A program made the translations under genes and the position numbers. DNA of 64,000 nt, from NCBI GenBank assembly GCA_963772065.1, contig CAVYVZ010000008.1:421645-485644 (forward strand). Reading direction: 5' to 3'. Positions 52,251 to 64,000 of the stretch are shown here, one piece after another; position 1 is the stretch's first letter; every line of letters begins with the position of its first letter. This DNA comes from an uncultured Acidobacteriota bacterium. Lineage in GTDB: Bacteria > Acidobacteriota > Vicinamibacteria > Vicinamibacterales > UBA2999. The notes below the pieces were generated by a model that saw nothing but the letters and a program-made list of their open reading frames with translations, ran no database searches and was not told where the DNA came from.

Positions 52251-53205
52251 CTACGCGGAGAGGTGTGGCGGCAATCCGAATAGTGGGAACAGCTTCTCGG
52301 TATCAAGGAAGGAATTCCACGCCGCGATCCCGCTGCCGGAAAGCTCGAGGACGATGAGCGCCCACGGCTGATACGTTCCGTCCGGTCCGCCCGCCCGGTA
52401 TTGACCGAACGCGGGTGAGCCGCACGCTCCGGTGGGTACGAGTCGAGACCCGCGGCATCCGACACCGCGTCCCAGCAGCCAGGTTCTGATCGTGTCCGGA
52501 CCGCGCAGCCACAGCGTGTACGGAGGCATCGAGAGCGTGGCATCTTCGCAGAGCAGCGCCACCAGCGCGTCGACGTCATACCGGTGGAAGGCGTCGACGT
52601 ACCGGTCGAGGAGCACCGCCTGCGGTTCGGAGAGCGGCTCGCGCGAAACGGCCACGTCGCGGCTCGCGAGCGTCGCACGGGCGCGCTGCAGCGCGCTGTT
52701 CACGGCCGCGACAGACGTTTCGAGAGACTCCGCGACTTCCGCCGCCGACCAGCCAACGCACGTCGGTCAACACGAGGACCGCGCGCTGCCGCGGCGGCAG
52801 GTGCTGAAGCGCCGCCACAAAGGCGAGGCGGATGCTCTGACGAAGCACGGCGACTTCAAAGGGATCGCCGTCGGCCGGAATCGCACGAGCGTCGGGGATC
52901 GGCTCGAGCCAATGCGTCCGCGGGCGAGCTTCGAGCGCATCGTCGGTCGAACCCACCGGACCTTCTTCAAACGGGCGCGCGCGGCGGGAACGGTCGGACA
53001 GCGCGTCGAGGCAGACGTTGGTCGCGATTCGGTACAACCACGTCCGCACCGACGCGCGCTCCTCGAAGCGATCGAGGCTCCGCCACGCCCGGACCATCGT
53101 CTCCTGCACCGCGTCCTCGGCGTCGGCGGCCGAACCGAGCATGCGATAGCAATGGCCCGTCAGAACGGCGCGATGCGTTTCCAGCTGAGATACGTCCACC
53201 GCCAT
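52251..53205 (-). CDS. ECF sigma-70 factor with C-terminal SnoaL-like extension (SigG-like); frameshift near 52765
   Basis: [19 protein letters not shown]...[12 protein letters not shown]; LPPRQRAVL; [11 protein letters not shown]; [17 protein letters not shown]. Confidence 0.87.
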
Positions 53206-53303
53206 CCGATTCTGATACCACTCGCGGCGCGAGCCGGTCAATGACGCGTGCCGAAGCACCGGTTTTCGCCCTACAATCGCGCTGCGCTCAAACGGGACAG
53301 GAA

Positions 53304-55973
53304 ATGAGGACGGGACTGGTCGGCCAGCGGTTCGGGCCCTACGAGATCACTTCCCTACTCGGAGCCGGCGGGATGGGCGAGGTGTATCGCGCCCATGACA
53401 CGGCGCTCGGGCGCGACGTCGCGATCAAGATCCTGCCCGACCTGTTCGCGCTGGATGCCGAGCGGCGCGCGCGCTTCGAGCGTGAAGCGAGGCTCCTGGC
53501 GTCGCTGAACCATCCGCGGATCGGCGCCATCTACGGGTTCGAGCAACGTGACGGCGCCTACGGCCTCGTGCTCGAGCTCGTCGAGGGCGAAACCCTCGCA
53601 CAGCATCTGCGCGCGGGCCCGATGCCCGTGCGCGAGGCGCTTGCCGTCGCGCGTCAGATTGCGGAGGCCCTCGAGGCCGCGCACGAGAAGGGCATCGTTC
53701 ACCGCGATCTCAAGCCGGCGAACGTCGTCCTCTCGCCGGATGGCGCGATCAAGGTCCTCGACTTCGGCCTGGCCAAAGCGCGCCTCGACGAATCCGCCCA
53801 GGAGTTGTCCCACTCGCCGACGATCACGCTGGGCGGCACGCGAGCCGGCGTGCTTCTCGGGACCGCGGCGTACATGAGCCCGGAGCAGGCGCGCGGGAAG
53901 GCCGTTGACAAGCGCACCGACGTCTGGGCGTTCGGCTGCCTGCTGTACGAGTTGTTGACAGGCCGGAAGGCGTTCCCAGGCGAGACGGTGTCGGACACGC
54001 TCGCGGGCATCCTCGAGCGCGCTCCCGAGTGGAACGCGTTGCCGTCGACCACACCACCGAACGTGCGACGGTTGCTGCGGCGGTGCCTCGAAAAGGATCC
54101 GAAGCGCCGGCTGCATGACATCGCCGACGCCCGCCTCGAGATAGACGACGCGTTCGAAACGCCGCCTGAAGCGGCCACGGTCGCACCCGGCCGGAGGCGA
54201 GTGCTGCGCACTGTGCTGTGGATGGTGCCGGTCCTGTTCGGCGCTGCCCTCATAGCCGGCTTCGCAATCCGAGCCATCACACCCGCTCGTTCCGCCGGCG
54301 TGACACGCTTCGCGATTCAGTTGCCCGATGCGGTGGAGCTCGGTTTCGGCATGGCGCTGTCGCCTGACGGACGAACGCTCGTCTACAGCGGCGCTGACGC
54401 GACGGGGCGCCGGTTATATCGGCGACCGCTCGACACGCTGGAATCCACCCCCCTCCGCGGGACCGAGGGCGCGACATTGCCGTTCTTCTCCCCCGACGGG
54501 AGATCGATCGGATTCGTAGTGAACCGCAGCATTCGACGGGTTCCGCTGCAGGGGGGCGCGCCCGCCACGATCGCGGAGCGCGAGGGTGGCGGAGGCGCGC
54601 CGGCATGGCTGCCGGACGACACGATTGTGTACGGAGCCGAAGGACGCGGCCTGATGCGCACGTCCGCGTCAGGCGGCCAGGCGCGGCCGCTCACCGAGCT
54701 CGCCATCGGAAAGAGCGAGCTCGAGCATCGCTGGCCGATGGCCATGCCCGGCGGACGCGCGGTGTCATTCACCGTTCACTACGGCGGGCGGGATTCGCAG
54801 CGAACACACGCCGTGTCGCTCGCATCGGGCCAGCGTGTCGATCTCGTCGAGGGGAACGGAGCCCGAGTCCTGCCGACCGGCCACATCGTCTTTCAACGCG
54901 GGGGATCCCTCTGGGCCGCGCCGTTCGACGAAGCGGCGCTGAGGCTCACCGGCCCCCCCACGGCGGTTCTCGAAAACGTCGGGATCGGCGCCGACTGGAG
55001 CCCGAAGTACGCGGTCGCGCTGAACGGGTCGCTCGCGTTTGCAACCGGGGGATATCCATATCCACCCCGGTCGCTCGTATGGGTCGACATGGGTGGCGGA
55101 GAGCAGGCCATCGATGCACCCGGCCGATCCTGGTACTGGCCTCAAATCTCCCCGGACGGAAAGCGGCTCGGTTTCCACATCATGGATCCCGTGAACATGG
55201 ACGCGTGGATCTATGAGCTCGATCACGGGCCGCTCGTGAGAATGACCTACCACGCGCATCAGGATGGCTACCCGCTGTGGACACCAGACGGCAAGCAGGT
55301 CGTATTCTGGTCGAGGCAGAGTGGCGGCCCCGGCGATCTCTATCTGCGTTCTGCCGATCTTGCGGGGGAGGAGCGGCGCCTGACCACCAGCCAGACGTTC
55401 ACTCCCCATACCCCGTTCGCGTGGGCGGACCGCGGCAGGCTTCTCGTATTCCAGCAAGCGTCACGCGATGCGGGGCTCGACATCGGTGTGATTCCGATCG
55501 ACGGCAGCCAGCCGTCGCGACCGATCATCAATGGACCGTCCGACGAGGCAAAACCCGCCATGTCAGAGGACGGACGATGGATCGCCTACCAGTCGAATTC
55601 CTCGGGACAATGGGAGGTGTACGTGCAACCGTTTCCGGGTCTCTCGGGACGCTGGCAGGTATCGTCGCAGGGAGGCGTCGCCCCAATCTGGGCGCCAAAC
55701 GGCCAGCAGCTCTATTACCGGAGCGCTCAGGCTGTCATGAGCGTGCCGGTTGACACGAACGGGACGACGTTCAGGTACGGCAATCCACGCAAGCTTTTCG
55801 AGGGGCCGTACGTGCCCGAGTCGGAGACTCCATTCGATGCGCGCAGCTACGTGCTCGCGCCCGACGGACGACGATTTCTGATGATGAAGGAACCGACGCC
55901 GCCGCCAACGCAGGTCGTGGTCATCGACAACTGGGTCGAGGAAGTGAAGCGCCTCGTGCCGACCATACGCTGA
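53304..55973 (+). CDS. Ser/Thr protein kinase with C-terminal TolB/PD40 beta-propeller
   Basis: [34 protein letters not shown]; TM segment; repeated SPDG. Start set at ATG 53304. Confidence 0.92.
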   Translation: MRTGLVGQRFGPYEITSLLGAGGMGEVYRAHDTALGRDVAIKILPDLFALDAERRARFEREARLLASLNHPRIGAIYGFEQRDGAYGLVLELVEGETLAQHLRAGPMPVREALAVARQIAEALEAAHEKGIVHRDLKPANVVLSPDGAIKVLDFGLAKARLDESAQELSHSPTITLGGTRAGVLLGTAAYMSPEQARGKAVDKRTDVWAFGCLLYELLTGRKAFPGETVSDTLAGILERAPEWNALPSTTPPNVRRLLRRCLEKDPKRRLHDIADARLEIDDAFETPPEAATVAPGRRRVLRTVLWMVPVLFGAALIAGFAIRAITPARSAGVTRFAIQLPDAVELGFGMALSPDGRTLVYSGADATGRRLYRRPLDTLESTPLRGTEGATLPFFSPDGRSIGFVVNRSIRRVPLQGGAPATIAEREGGGGAPAWLPDDTIVYGAEGRGLMRTSASGGQARPLTELAIGKSELEHRWPMAMPGGRAVSFTVHYGGRDSQRTHAVSLASGQRVDLVEGNGARVLPTGHIVFQRGGSLWAAPFDEAALRLTGPPTAVLENVGIGADWSPKYAVALNGSLAFATGGYPYPPRSLVWVDMGGGEQAIDAPGRSWYWPQISPDGKRLGFHIMDPVNMDAWIYELDHGPLVRMTYHAHQDGYPLWTPDGKQVVFWSRQSGGPGDLYLRSADLAGEERRLTTSQTFTPHTPFAWADRGRLLVFQQASRDAGLDIGVIPIDGSQPSRPIINGPSDEAKPAMSEDGRWIAYQSNSSGQWEVYVQPFPGLSGRWQVSSQGGVAPIWAPNGQQLYYRSAQAVMSVPVDTNGTTFRYGNPRKLFEGPYVPESETPFDARSYVLAPDGRRFLMMKEPTPPPTQVVVIDNWVEEVKRLVPTIR

Positions 55974-55998
55974 TTCGACGCGAGCTGACGATCTCCTG

Positions 55999-56259
55999 CT
56001 ACATCGTCGCGATCGTCGGATCGCGGCGGAACTTCGCCACGCGCTCGGCCATCGAATGCGGATCCAGCGCGGCCACTCGACACCAGTGAACCAGCATGGT
56101 GGACTCGGCGAAAAAGAGGCGCGCGCTTTCGCGGTCCGCCACCGATCCGGTCGAGCTCGTCACGTCCCGGAGCGCGCGATCGATCACCTGGATCGCGAGA
56201 TGGCGGTAGGGCAAGAACGCCTCGTGGTCGGTGAGCAGTCGGGCCGGCCGTGCTTTCAC
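55999..56259 (-). CDS. Small hypothetical protein
   Basis: 86-aa ORF, LAIQVIDRALRD...ARLFF...HWC, divergent from the GGDEF gene. Confidence 0.5.
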   Translation of the reverse strand: MKARPARLLTDHEAFLPYRHLAIQVIDRALRDVTSSTGSVADRESARLFFAESTMLVHWCRVAALDPHSMAERVAKFRRDPTIATM

Positions 56260-56341
56260 GGTGACATCATCGCTCGGCGGCTCGAACCGCGCTGTTCACA
56301 AACGAACTGCGTCCTGCGCCGCTCGCGCTCGATCATGCGGC

Positions 56342-57049
56342 ATGGAACGTCAGCGCGCCCTCAACTACGGCATCCTGACGGCCGGTGGCGCAGTCGTGGG
56401 CCTGGTGCTCCTGCGCGCGGCGTTCTCGTCCGCGGAGTCCGTGTCGGCGGACTTCTTCTCGAACCGTTTCACCTACATCTACGTGTTCGCGGCGACGGCC
56501 GTGACCTTCCTCGTGCTCGGATACGTCCTCGGGCGTCAGGCTGATGAACTGCGTCGCTTGTCTGGGACAGATGCGCTCACCGGCCTGTGCAATCGGCGAG
56601 CGCTGCAGGATCGTCTCGGCGATGAGTGCCGGCGATCGGCACGCTACCGATTCCCCCTGGCCCTGCTGCTCATCGACGTCGACGAGCTCAAGCGCGTCAA
56701 TGATGGAGAGGGTCATGGCGCGGGCGACGACCTGCTTCGCCGAACGGCCACGGCTATCCAACAAAGCCTGCGCACCATGGACTGCGGAGCCCGTTGGGGC
56801 GGAGATGAGTTCGCGATCGTCGCGCCTCATACCTCCCTCGAGGCCGGCCGCCGGCTGGGTGAGCGGCTGCTGATTCAGTTGAGGAACCAGGTTGACGGGG
56901 AGCACTCCGGAATCTCCGCGTCGGTCGGTGTCGCGGTCTTCGATCCCAGGCAGCACAAGGAGATGACGCCCGACTCGCTGATGCGCGCCGCGGACCTTGC
57001 CTTGTACTCGGCGAAAACCAGAGGGCGCAATCAGGTGAGGATCGCCTGA
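56342..57049 (+). CDS. Membrane diguanylate cyclase
   Basis: Two TM segments; DALTGLCNRR; IDVDELKRVND..GH..GD; I-site RTMD; WGGDEF. Confidence 0.9.
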   Translation: MERQRALNYGILTAGGAVVGLVLLRAAFSSAESVSADFFSNRFTYIYVFAATAVTFLVLGYVLGRQADELRRLSGTDALTGLCNRRALQDRLGDECRRSARYRFPLALLLIDVDELKRVNDGEGHGAGDDLLRRTATAIQQSLRTMDCGARWGGDEFAIVAPHTSLEAGRRLGERLLIQLRNQVDGEHSGISASVGVAVFDPRQHKEMTPDSLMRAADLALYSAKTRGRNQVRIA

Positions 57050-57121
57050 GCCACGGGACTGTGGCGCCGCCCTGTGTCGAACTGAACAGCGCTCCAGGGC
57101 CGAAATCGCTACCATCCGGCC

Positions 57122-59037
<1,916 letters not shown>

Positions 59038-59166
59038 CTGCGCCGCCACGAACGCCGCCAGGGCCCAAAAACGCCTGTTCTGTATTGCACAGCAGCGACT
59101 GCCCCGAGGCGCTACCGTAGCAGCGTCCGCGCTCAGCTGTAAGGAGCCGGCTTCGCTTCAACAACC

Positions 59167-60693
59167 ATGGCCCCAATCGCTGAACGACCAAGACCAATCA
59201 TGGACGGCGTCCTGCTCCCGCCACTGCCGCAGGTTCGCGAGCTACCCAAAACGCCGACGGGAATCCGTGGCCTCGACGAGATTACGCGCGGCGGACTGCC
59301 GAAAGGCCGGCCGACCCTCGTCTGCGGCGGTCCCGGGTCCGGCAAAACGCTGCTGGCGCTCACGTTCCTCGTGAACGGCGCCGTTCAGTTCGACGAACCG
59401 GGGGTGCTCCTCACCTTCGAGGAGAACCAGGATGAAATCGCGAGCGACGTCGCGTCGCTGGGCTTCGATCTTCCGGCGCTGATCGAGGCGCGGAAGCTGG
59501 CGATCGATTACGTCCGCGTGGAGCGCAGCGAGATCGAGGAGACCGGCGACTACGACCTCGACGGGTTGTTCGTCCGGCTCAACTACGCGATTCAATCGAC
59601 CGGGGCGAAGCGCATCGTCCTCGATACCATCGAAGCGCTGTTCGCGGGCTTGTCGAATGGCGGGATCCTGCGGGCCGAGTTGCGGCGATTGTTCCGATGG
59701 CTGAAGGACCAGGGAGTGACCGCCGTGATTACTGGCGAGCGCGGCGAGGGCCTCCTGACCCGGCAGGGGCTCGAGGAGTACGTGTCCGATGCGGTGATCC
59801 TCCTCGACCATCGCGTTCACGACCAGGTGTCAACACGCCGCCTGCGCGTCGTCAAGTACCGCGGCTCCTACCACGGCACGAACGAGTATCCGTTCCTCAT
59901 CAATACCGAGGGCATCAGCGTTCTGCCCGTTTCCTCGCTTGCCCTCCAGCACGACGCCCCGATGGATCGGGTGTCGGCCGGCGTGGCCCGCCTCGATGAG
60001 ATGCTCAGCGGCAAGGGTTACTATCGCGGAAGCACGATTCTCGTCTCCGGCACCGCCGGAACCGGGAAGACCAGCCTGGCGGCTCACTTCCTCGAGGCGG
60101 CCTGCCGTCGGGGCGAACGCTGCCTGTGCTTTCTCTTCGAGGAGTCGCCGCAGCAGCTCCTCCGGAACATGCGGTCCATCGGCATCGACCTCGAACCGTG
60201 GGCCGGCAACGGGCTGCTCCAATTCCACGCGGACAGGCCGTCGCGCTATGGGCTCGAGACCCATCTCGTGACGATGCATCAGGCCGTCGCGGACTTCAAG
60301 CCGAGCGTGACCGTCATCGACCCCGTGACGAACCTCATGACCGTCGGCACGCACTCCGACGTCCAGGCGATGCTGACGCGCATGATCGACCATCTGAAGT
60401 CCGAGAACATCACCGCGCTGTTGACGAGTCTGACGCCAGGACAGACGGAGATCGAGCGGACCGAGACGACCATCTCGTCGCTGATGGACACGTGGATCCT
60501 GCTGGCGAACGACGCCGCCAACGGTGCGCACCATCGCGGGCTGTACGTGCTCAAGTCCCGCGGCATGGCGCACTCGAACGAGGTTCGCGAGTTCGCGTTG
60601 ACCGATCAGGGGTTACAGGTGCTCGATGCGGCCAGCGCCGCGCGGGGCACCACGCGCCCGACATCTCCCCCTGGAAGGACGCAATCGTCATGA
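59167..60693 (+). CDS. kaiC: KaiC double-domain ATPase/kinase
   Basis: Two Walker A motifs (GGPGSGKT, GTAGTGKT), FEE in both domains, KYRGS and KSRGM, phosphosite region ISSLMDTWILL. Confidence 0.93.
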   Translation: MAPIAERPRPIMDGVLLPPLPQVRELPKTPTGIRGLDEITRGGLPKGRPTLVCGGPGSGKTLLALTFLVNGAVQFDEPGVLLTFEENQDEIASDVASLGFDLPALIEARKLAIDYVRVERSEIEETGDYDLDGLFVRLNYAIQSTGAKRIVLDTIEALFAGLSNGGILRAELRRLFRWLKDQGVTAVITGERGEGLLTRQGLEEYVSDAVILLDHRVHDQVSTRRLRVVKYRGSYHGTNEYPFLINTEGISVLPVSSLALQHDAPMDRVSAGVARLDEMLSGKGYYRGSTILVSGTAGTGKTSLAAHFLEAACRRGERCLCFLFEESPQQLLRNMRSIGIDLEPWAGNGLLQFHADRPSRYGLETHLVTMHQAVADFKPSVTVIDPVTNLMTVGTHSDVQAMLTRMIDHLKSENITALLTSLTPGQTEIERTETTISSLMDTWILLANDAANGAHHRGLYVLKSRGMAHSNEVREFALTDQGLQVLDAASAARGTTRPTSPPGRTQSS

Positions 60694-60987
60694 AGAAGTC
60701 GAACGGTACACGCGAACTACCGGTTGCGCCTCTACGTCGCGGGACAGACACCGAGGTCGATCGGTGCCTTCACGAACCTGAAAAGAATTTGCGACGAGCA
60801 TCTCAAAGGACGCTACGAGCTCGAGATCATCGATTTGCTGGAGAGGCCGCAGCTCGCGCGCGGAGACCAGATCCTGGCGGTGCCGACGCTCGTGCGCCGG
60901 CTGCCCGAACCGGTCAAGAAAATCATCGGCGATCTCTCCAACACCGAACGCGTCCTGGTCGGGTTGGATCTGCGTCCGGGCCGGTGA
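60690..60987 (+). CDS. kaiB: KaiB protein; frameshift near 60717
   Basis: ATGA overlap with kaiC; [12 protein letters not shown]...[23 protein letters not shown]. Confidence 0.9.
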
Positions 60988-60992
60988 CGTCG

Positions 60993-61352
60993 ATGGCCGA
61001 GAAGCCCCGCAATGGGTTCAGGGCGACATTCGAGCGGGTCACGCGAACGCGTGGCACCGAACGATACGTCCTTCGTCTGTACGTGGCGGGCATGACGGCC
61101 CGAGCGACGCGCGCGATCGAGAACGTGCGCGAGATTTGCGACGCGCATCTCGAGGGACGGTACGACCTCGAGGTGGTCGACGTGTACCAGCAGCCAGTTC
61201 TGGCGAAAGACGAGCAGATTATCGCGGCGCCGACGCTCATCAAGAAGCTGCCGCTGCCGTTGCGCCGGATCATCGGCGACATGTCGCAGCGCGATCGCGT
61301 GCTCCTGGGGCTCGATCTCATTCGCCCCTACGGCGTCGGGAGGCATACGTGA
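60993..61352 (+). CDS. kaiB: Second KaiB protein
   Basis: YVLRLYVAGMTARA...IIAAPTLIKKLPLPLRRIIGDMS. Confidence 0.9.
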   Translation: MAEKPRNGFRATFERVTRTRGTERYVLRLYVAGMTARATRAIENVREICDAHLEGRYDLEVVDVYQQPVLAKDEQIIAAPTLIKKLPLPLRRIIGDMSQRDRVLLGLDLIRPYGVGRHT

Positions 61353-63005
61353 TCCACAATGCCACGCGTCACGACCGCAGGGCGACGCAGCCCGAACGAC
61401 GGGAGAACCTCCTCGCCCGCCTCGCGGAAGCCGAGGAAACGCTTCAGGCGCTTCGGGAAGGTGAGGTCGACGCGCTCGTCATCCGCGGCGCGGGAGGCGA
61501 CCAGGTCTACACGCTGCACGGCGCCGAGGAGCCATACCGCAACCTCGTGGAACAGATGCGCGAGGGCGCCGTCGTCCTCGCGCAGTCCGGCGACATTCTG
61601 TACTCCAACGCGCGATTCGCGGCACTCGTCGGCGAGCCGCTGGAGTCGGTGCTTGGCGGGCACATCGGCCGCTTCATGGCCGAAGCCGACAGAGTCGATT
61701 TCACGACGCTCTTGAGCTCCGGCAACGGAACCCGGCGGGGCCGATTGGCGTCCTCGGACGGGACGACCGTCGAGGTCTATCTCTCGCTCACGACGACCGT
61801 GTCGTCGAAGGGTATCGGCAACCTGAGCCTGATCGTCACCGACCTGAGCGAGCTGCTCGAAGCCCGGAGCGATCGCGACCGCGCGGTGCGCGACAGCGAC
61901 ACCAAGAACGAGTTCCTGACGATGCTCGCGCACGAGTTGCGCAATCCGCTCGGCGCGATCCGCAGCGCCGTCGGAGTGCTGGGGCGCGTGGACACACAGG
62001 AGAGTCCCGCGGCCCAGGCGCGTGAGGTGATCGGGCGGCAGGTCGGACACCTCTCGCACCTCATCGACGATCTGCTCGACGTCGAGCGCGTCGCCTCCGG
62101 CAAGATCCGACTGCATCGCCATCCCCTCGACATGGCCGAGATGGTGAGGCGGGCCGTCGCCAGCTTCACTGGAAACAGCGGGCTCGATCGACACATCGAA
62201 ATCAGTGTCGAGCCGGTATGGGTCGATGGAGACGCCGTCCGCCTCGAGCAGGTCCTCGCCAACATCGTGACCAACGCGGTGAAGTACACGCCCGCCGGCG
62301 GACGGATTCGCGTGTCGTTGCGCGGCGACGAGCAACGACGCGGTGCTCAGCGTCGAAGACACCGGGTTCGGCATCGCGCCCGAGCTGCTTTCCTCCATCT
62401 TCGACATGTTCGTACAGGGCGAGCGCACCCTGGACCGTGCGCAGGGCGGCCTTGGCATCGGCCTGACGCTCGTCCGGCGCCTCGTCGAGCTGCACGGAGG
62501 GACCGTCACCGCGTCGAGCCTGGGCGCGGGGTACGGCAGCACATTCACCGTGCGGCTGCCAATAGTTCGCGAGACGACAGCCACCGCGGGTGTCGCGTGG
62601 TCGCTCGATCGTGTGGTGCCAAAACGGGTGCTTCTCATCGAGGACAGCCGCGACGCACGGGAGATGTTTCGCATGATGCTCGAGCTCGCAGGGCACCATG
62701 TATTCGAAGCGGCGGACGGCGTCGACGGGCTGCGCTTGTTGGAGACCGAGCATCTGGAGGTGGCGATCATCGATATCGGGCTTCCGGGCATCGATGGCTA
62801 CGAGGTCGCCAGACGCATCCGCGAGCGGCCGAATGGCCGCGCGATGCTGCTGCTCGCACTCACGGGATATGGCTTTCCGAGCGACTACGAACGATCGGCC
62901 GCGGCGGGATTCGATTATCACCTCGTGAAACCCGTCGACCCGTACGAGCTCGCACGACTGCTCAGCGGGAAGCGGGCGGCGACGGGCGTGGAAGCACAGG
63001 CCTGA
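61349..63005 (+). CDS. PAS-containing hybrid histidine kinase; frameshift near 62335
   Basis: LAEAEETLQALREGEVDALVI; PAS; LAHELRNPL; NIVTNAVKYT; GGLGIGL; REC IDIGLPG...KPVD. Confidence 0.88.
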
Positions 63006-63058
63006 ATCCGGCGTCTTTTTAGTTTGTGGCCGCCCGCGCCATTCCGTAAGATTCGCGT

Positions 63059-64000
63059 ATGAGCACTCTAGGAATCGATCGGCGCGACTTCTTGGCGGCC
63101 GGTGTCGGCCTCGCTGCGGCCGCGCTGCCCGCTCACGGACGCGTGCTCGGCGCAAACGATCGCATCGGCCTCGGGCTGATTGGCTGCGGCGTACGCGGCA
63201 CTTATCTGTTTCAGGAGGCGCTTGCCGCCGCGCCGGGCCGCCTGCAGGTGGTCGCCGCGTGTGACGTGTGGGCGCCCGCGCGGGAAAAATTCGCGGCGCT
63301 CGTCGGCGAGAAGCTGCCGGGACAACACCCACGGCTGGTCCCGCGGTATCAGGACCTCCTGACCACGCCGGGGCTCGACGCGGTCATCATCGCAACGCCC
63401 GATCACGCGCACTGCCACGTGCTCATCGACGCGGTCAGAGCGGGAAAAGACGCGTTCGTCGAGAAGCCGCTGTCGGTGAGGCTCGAGGACGCGGTGGCCG
63501 CCCTCGACGTCGTCAAAGCGAGCACACAGCTCGTGCAGGTTGGCACCCAGCGCAGGAGCAGCCCGCGCTTCATGGCCGCGCGCGAGTACGTGCGGTCGGG
63601 CGCCCTCGGAACAATCTGCAAGATTGAAACGGCGTGGAACCGCAACGTGGCCAGCTGGGCGCGGCCGTTCGACACGATCACGCCGGAGAACTTCGACTGG
63701 GATCAGTACCAGATGTATCTGCCCCGACGCGCGTTCGATCCGATGCGCGCCCGCCGCTGGCAGTGCTTCTACGACTACACGACCGGCCTCGTCGGCCTGC
63801 TCGGCAGCCACATGATCGACGTCGCGATCTGGTTCATGGACGATCCGTTCCCGACCTCCGCGGTGGCGCTCGGGCGCACGCTGTCCTGGAAGGACGGACG
63901 GGAGATCAGCGACACGGCGGAGTACATGTTCGAGTTTCCCAAGGGGTGGCTGCTGACGTTCTCCTCGCGCCTCGGCTCGGGACCGGAATCCGACTTCGAG
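63059..64000 (+). CDS. Tat-exported Gfo/Idh/MocA oxidoreductase (runs off the window)
   Basis: Not in the ORF track. MSTLGIDRRDFLAAG...GANDRIGLGLIGCGVRG...DAVIIATPDHAH...FVEKPL. Confidence 0.88.
   Translation, partial: MSTLGIDRRDFLAAGVGLAAAALPAHGRVLGANDRIGLGLIGCGVRGTYLFQEALAAAPGRLQVVAACDVWAPAREKFAALVGEKLPGQHPRLVPRYQDLLTTPGLDAVIIATPDHAHCHVLIDAVRAGKDAFVEKPLSVRLEDAVAALDVVKASTQLVQVGTQRRSSPRFMAAREYVRSGALGTICKIETAWNRNVASWARPFDTITPENFDWDQYQMYLPRRAFDPMRARRWQCFYDYTTGLVGLLGSHMIDVAIWFMDDPFPTSAVALGRTLSWKDGREISDTAEYMFEFPKGWLLTFSSRLGSGPESDFE

Noticed and set aside
52584-53303. 240-aa N-terminal extension of the Ser/Thr kinase
   Set aside because: It is the antisense shadow of the ECF sigma gene, with Arg-rich non-protein-like composition.
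52251-55973. Phosphorylation-activated ECF sigma / kinase pair
   Set aside because: The genes are divergent, the sigma factor has its own SnoaL extension, and this kinase type is common in such genomes. Adjacency is the only evidence.
59167-61352. True circadian clock
   Set aside because: No kaiA, and oscillation cannot be inferred from sequence.

Overview
High-GC bacterial DNA. The gene content (Oar-like TonB-dependent receptors, an acidobacterial VWA protein, a Ser/Thr kinase with a TolB-like propeller) suggests Acidobacteriota, possibly Vicinamibacteria; this is inference. Many genes are split by single-base frameshifts, most likely long-read indel errors, so I reconstructed those genes across frames and their coordinates are approximate. 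In order, the window holds: (1) a LuxR-associated flavoprotein cluster with dodecin; (2) a six-gene operon of solute-binding protein, histidine kinase, sigma-54 activator, TPR lipoprotein, VIT-vWA protein with a PEP-CTERM-like tail, and exosortase K; (3) a ~1 kb cassette with an orphan T4-gp19-type tail-tube gene, flanked by a 54-bp direct repeat; (4) an Omp85-like barrel next to an exported kinase-fold protein; (5) an AraC / Cys-rich mini-protein / His-less alpha-beta hydrolase unit; (6) M6 and papain-like proteases; (7) two TonB-dependent receptors; (8) a complete stressosome (rsbR-S-T plus phosphatase) wired to hybrid kinases; (9) an ECF sigma / AlkZ-like detoxification cluster; (10) a GGDEF-groES-groEL-kaiC-kaiB-kaiB-histidine kinase run. 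I saw no rRNA, tRNA, CRISPR array, integrase or transposase.
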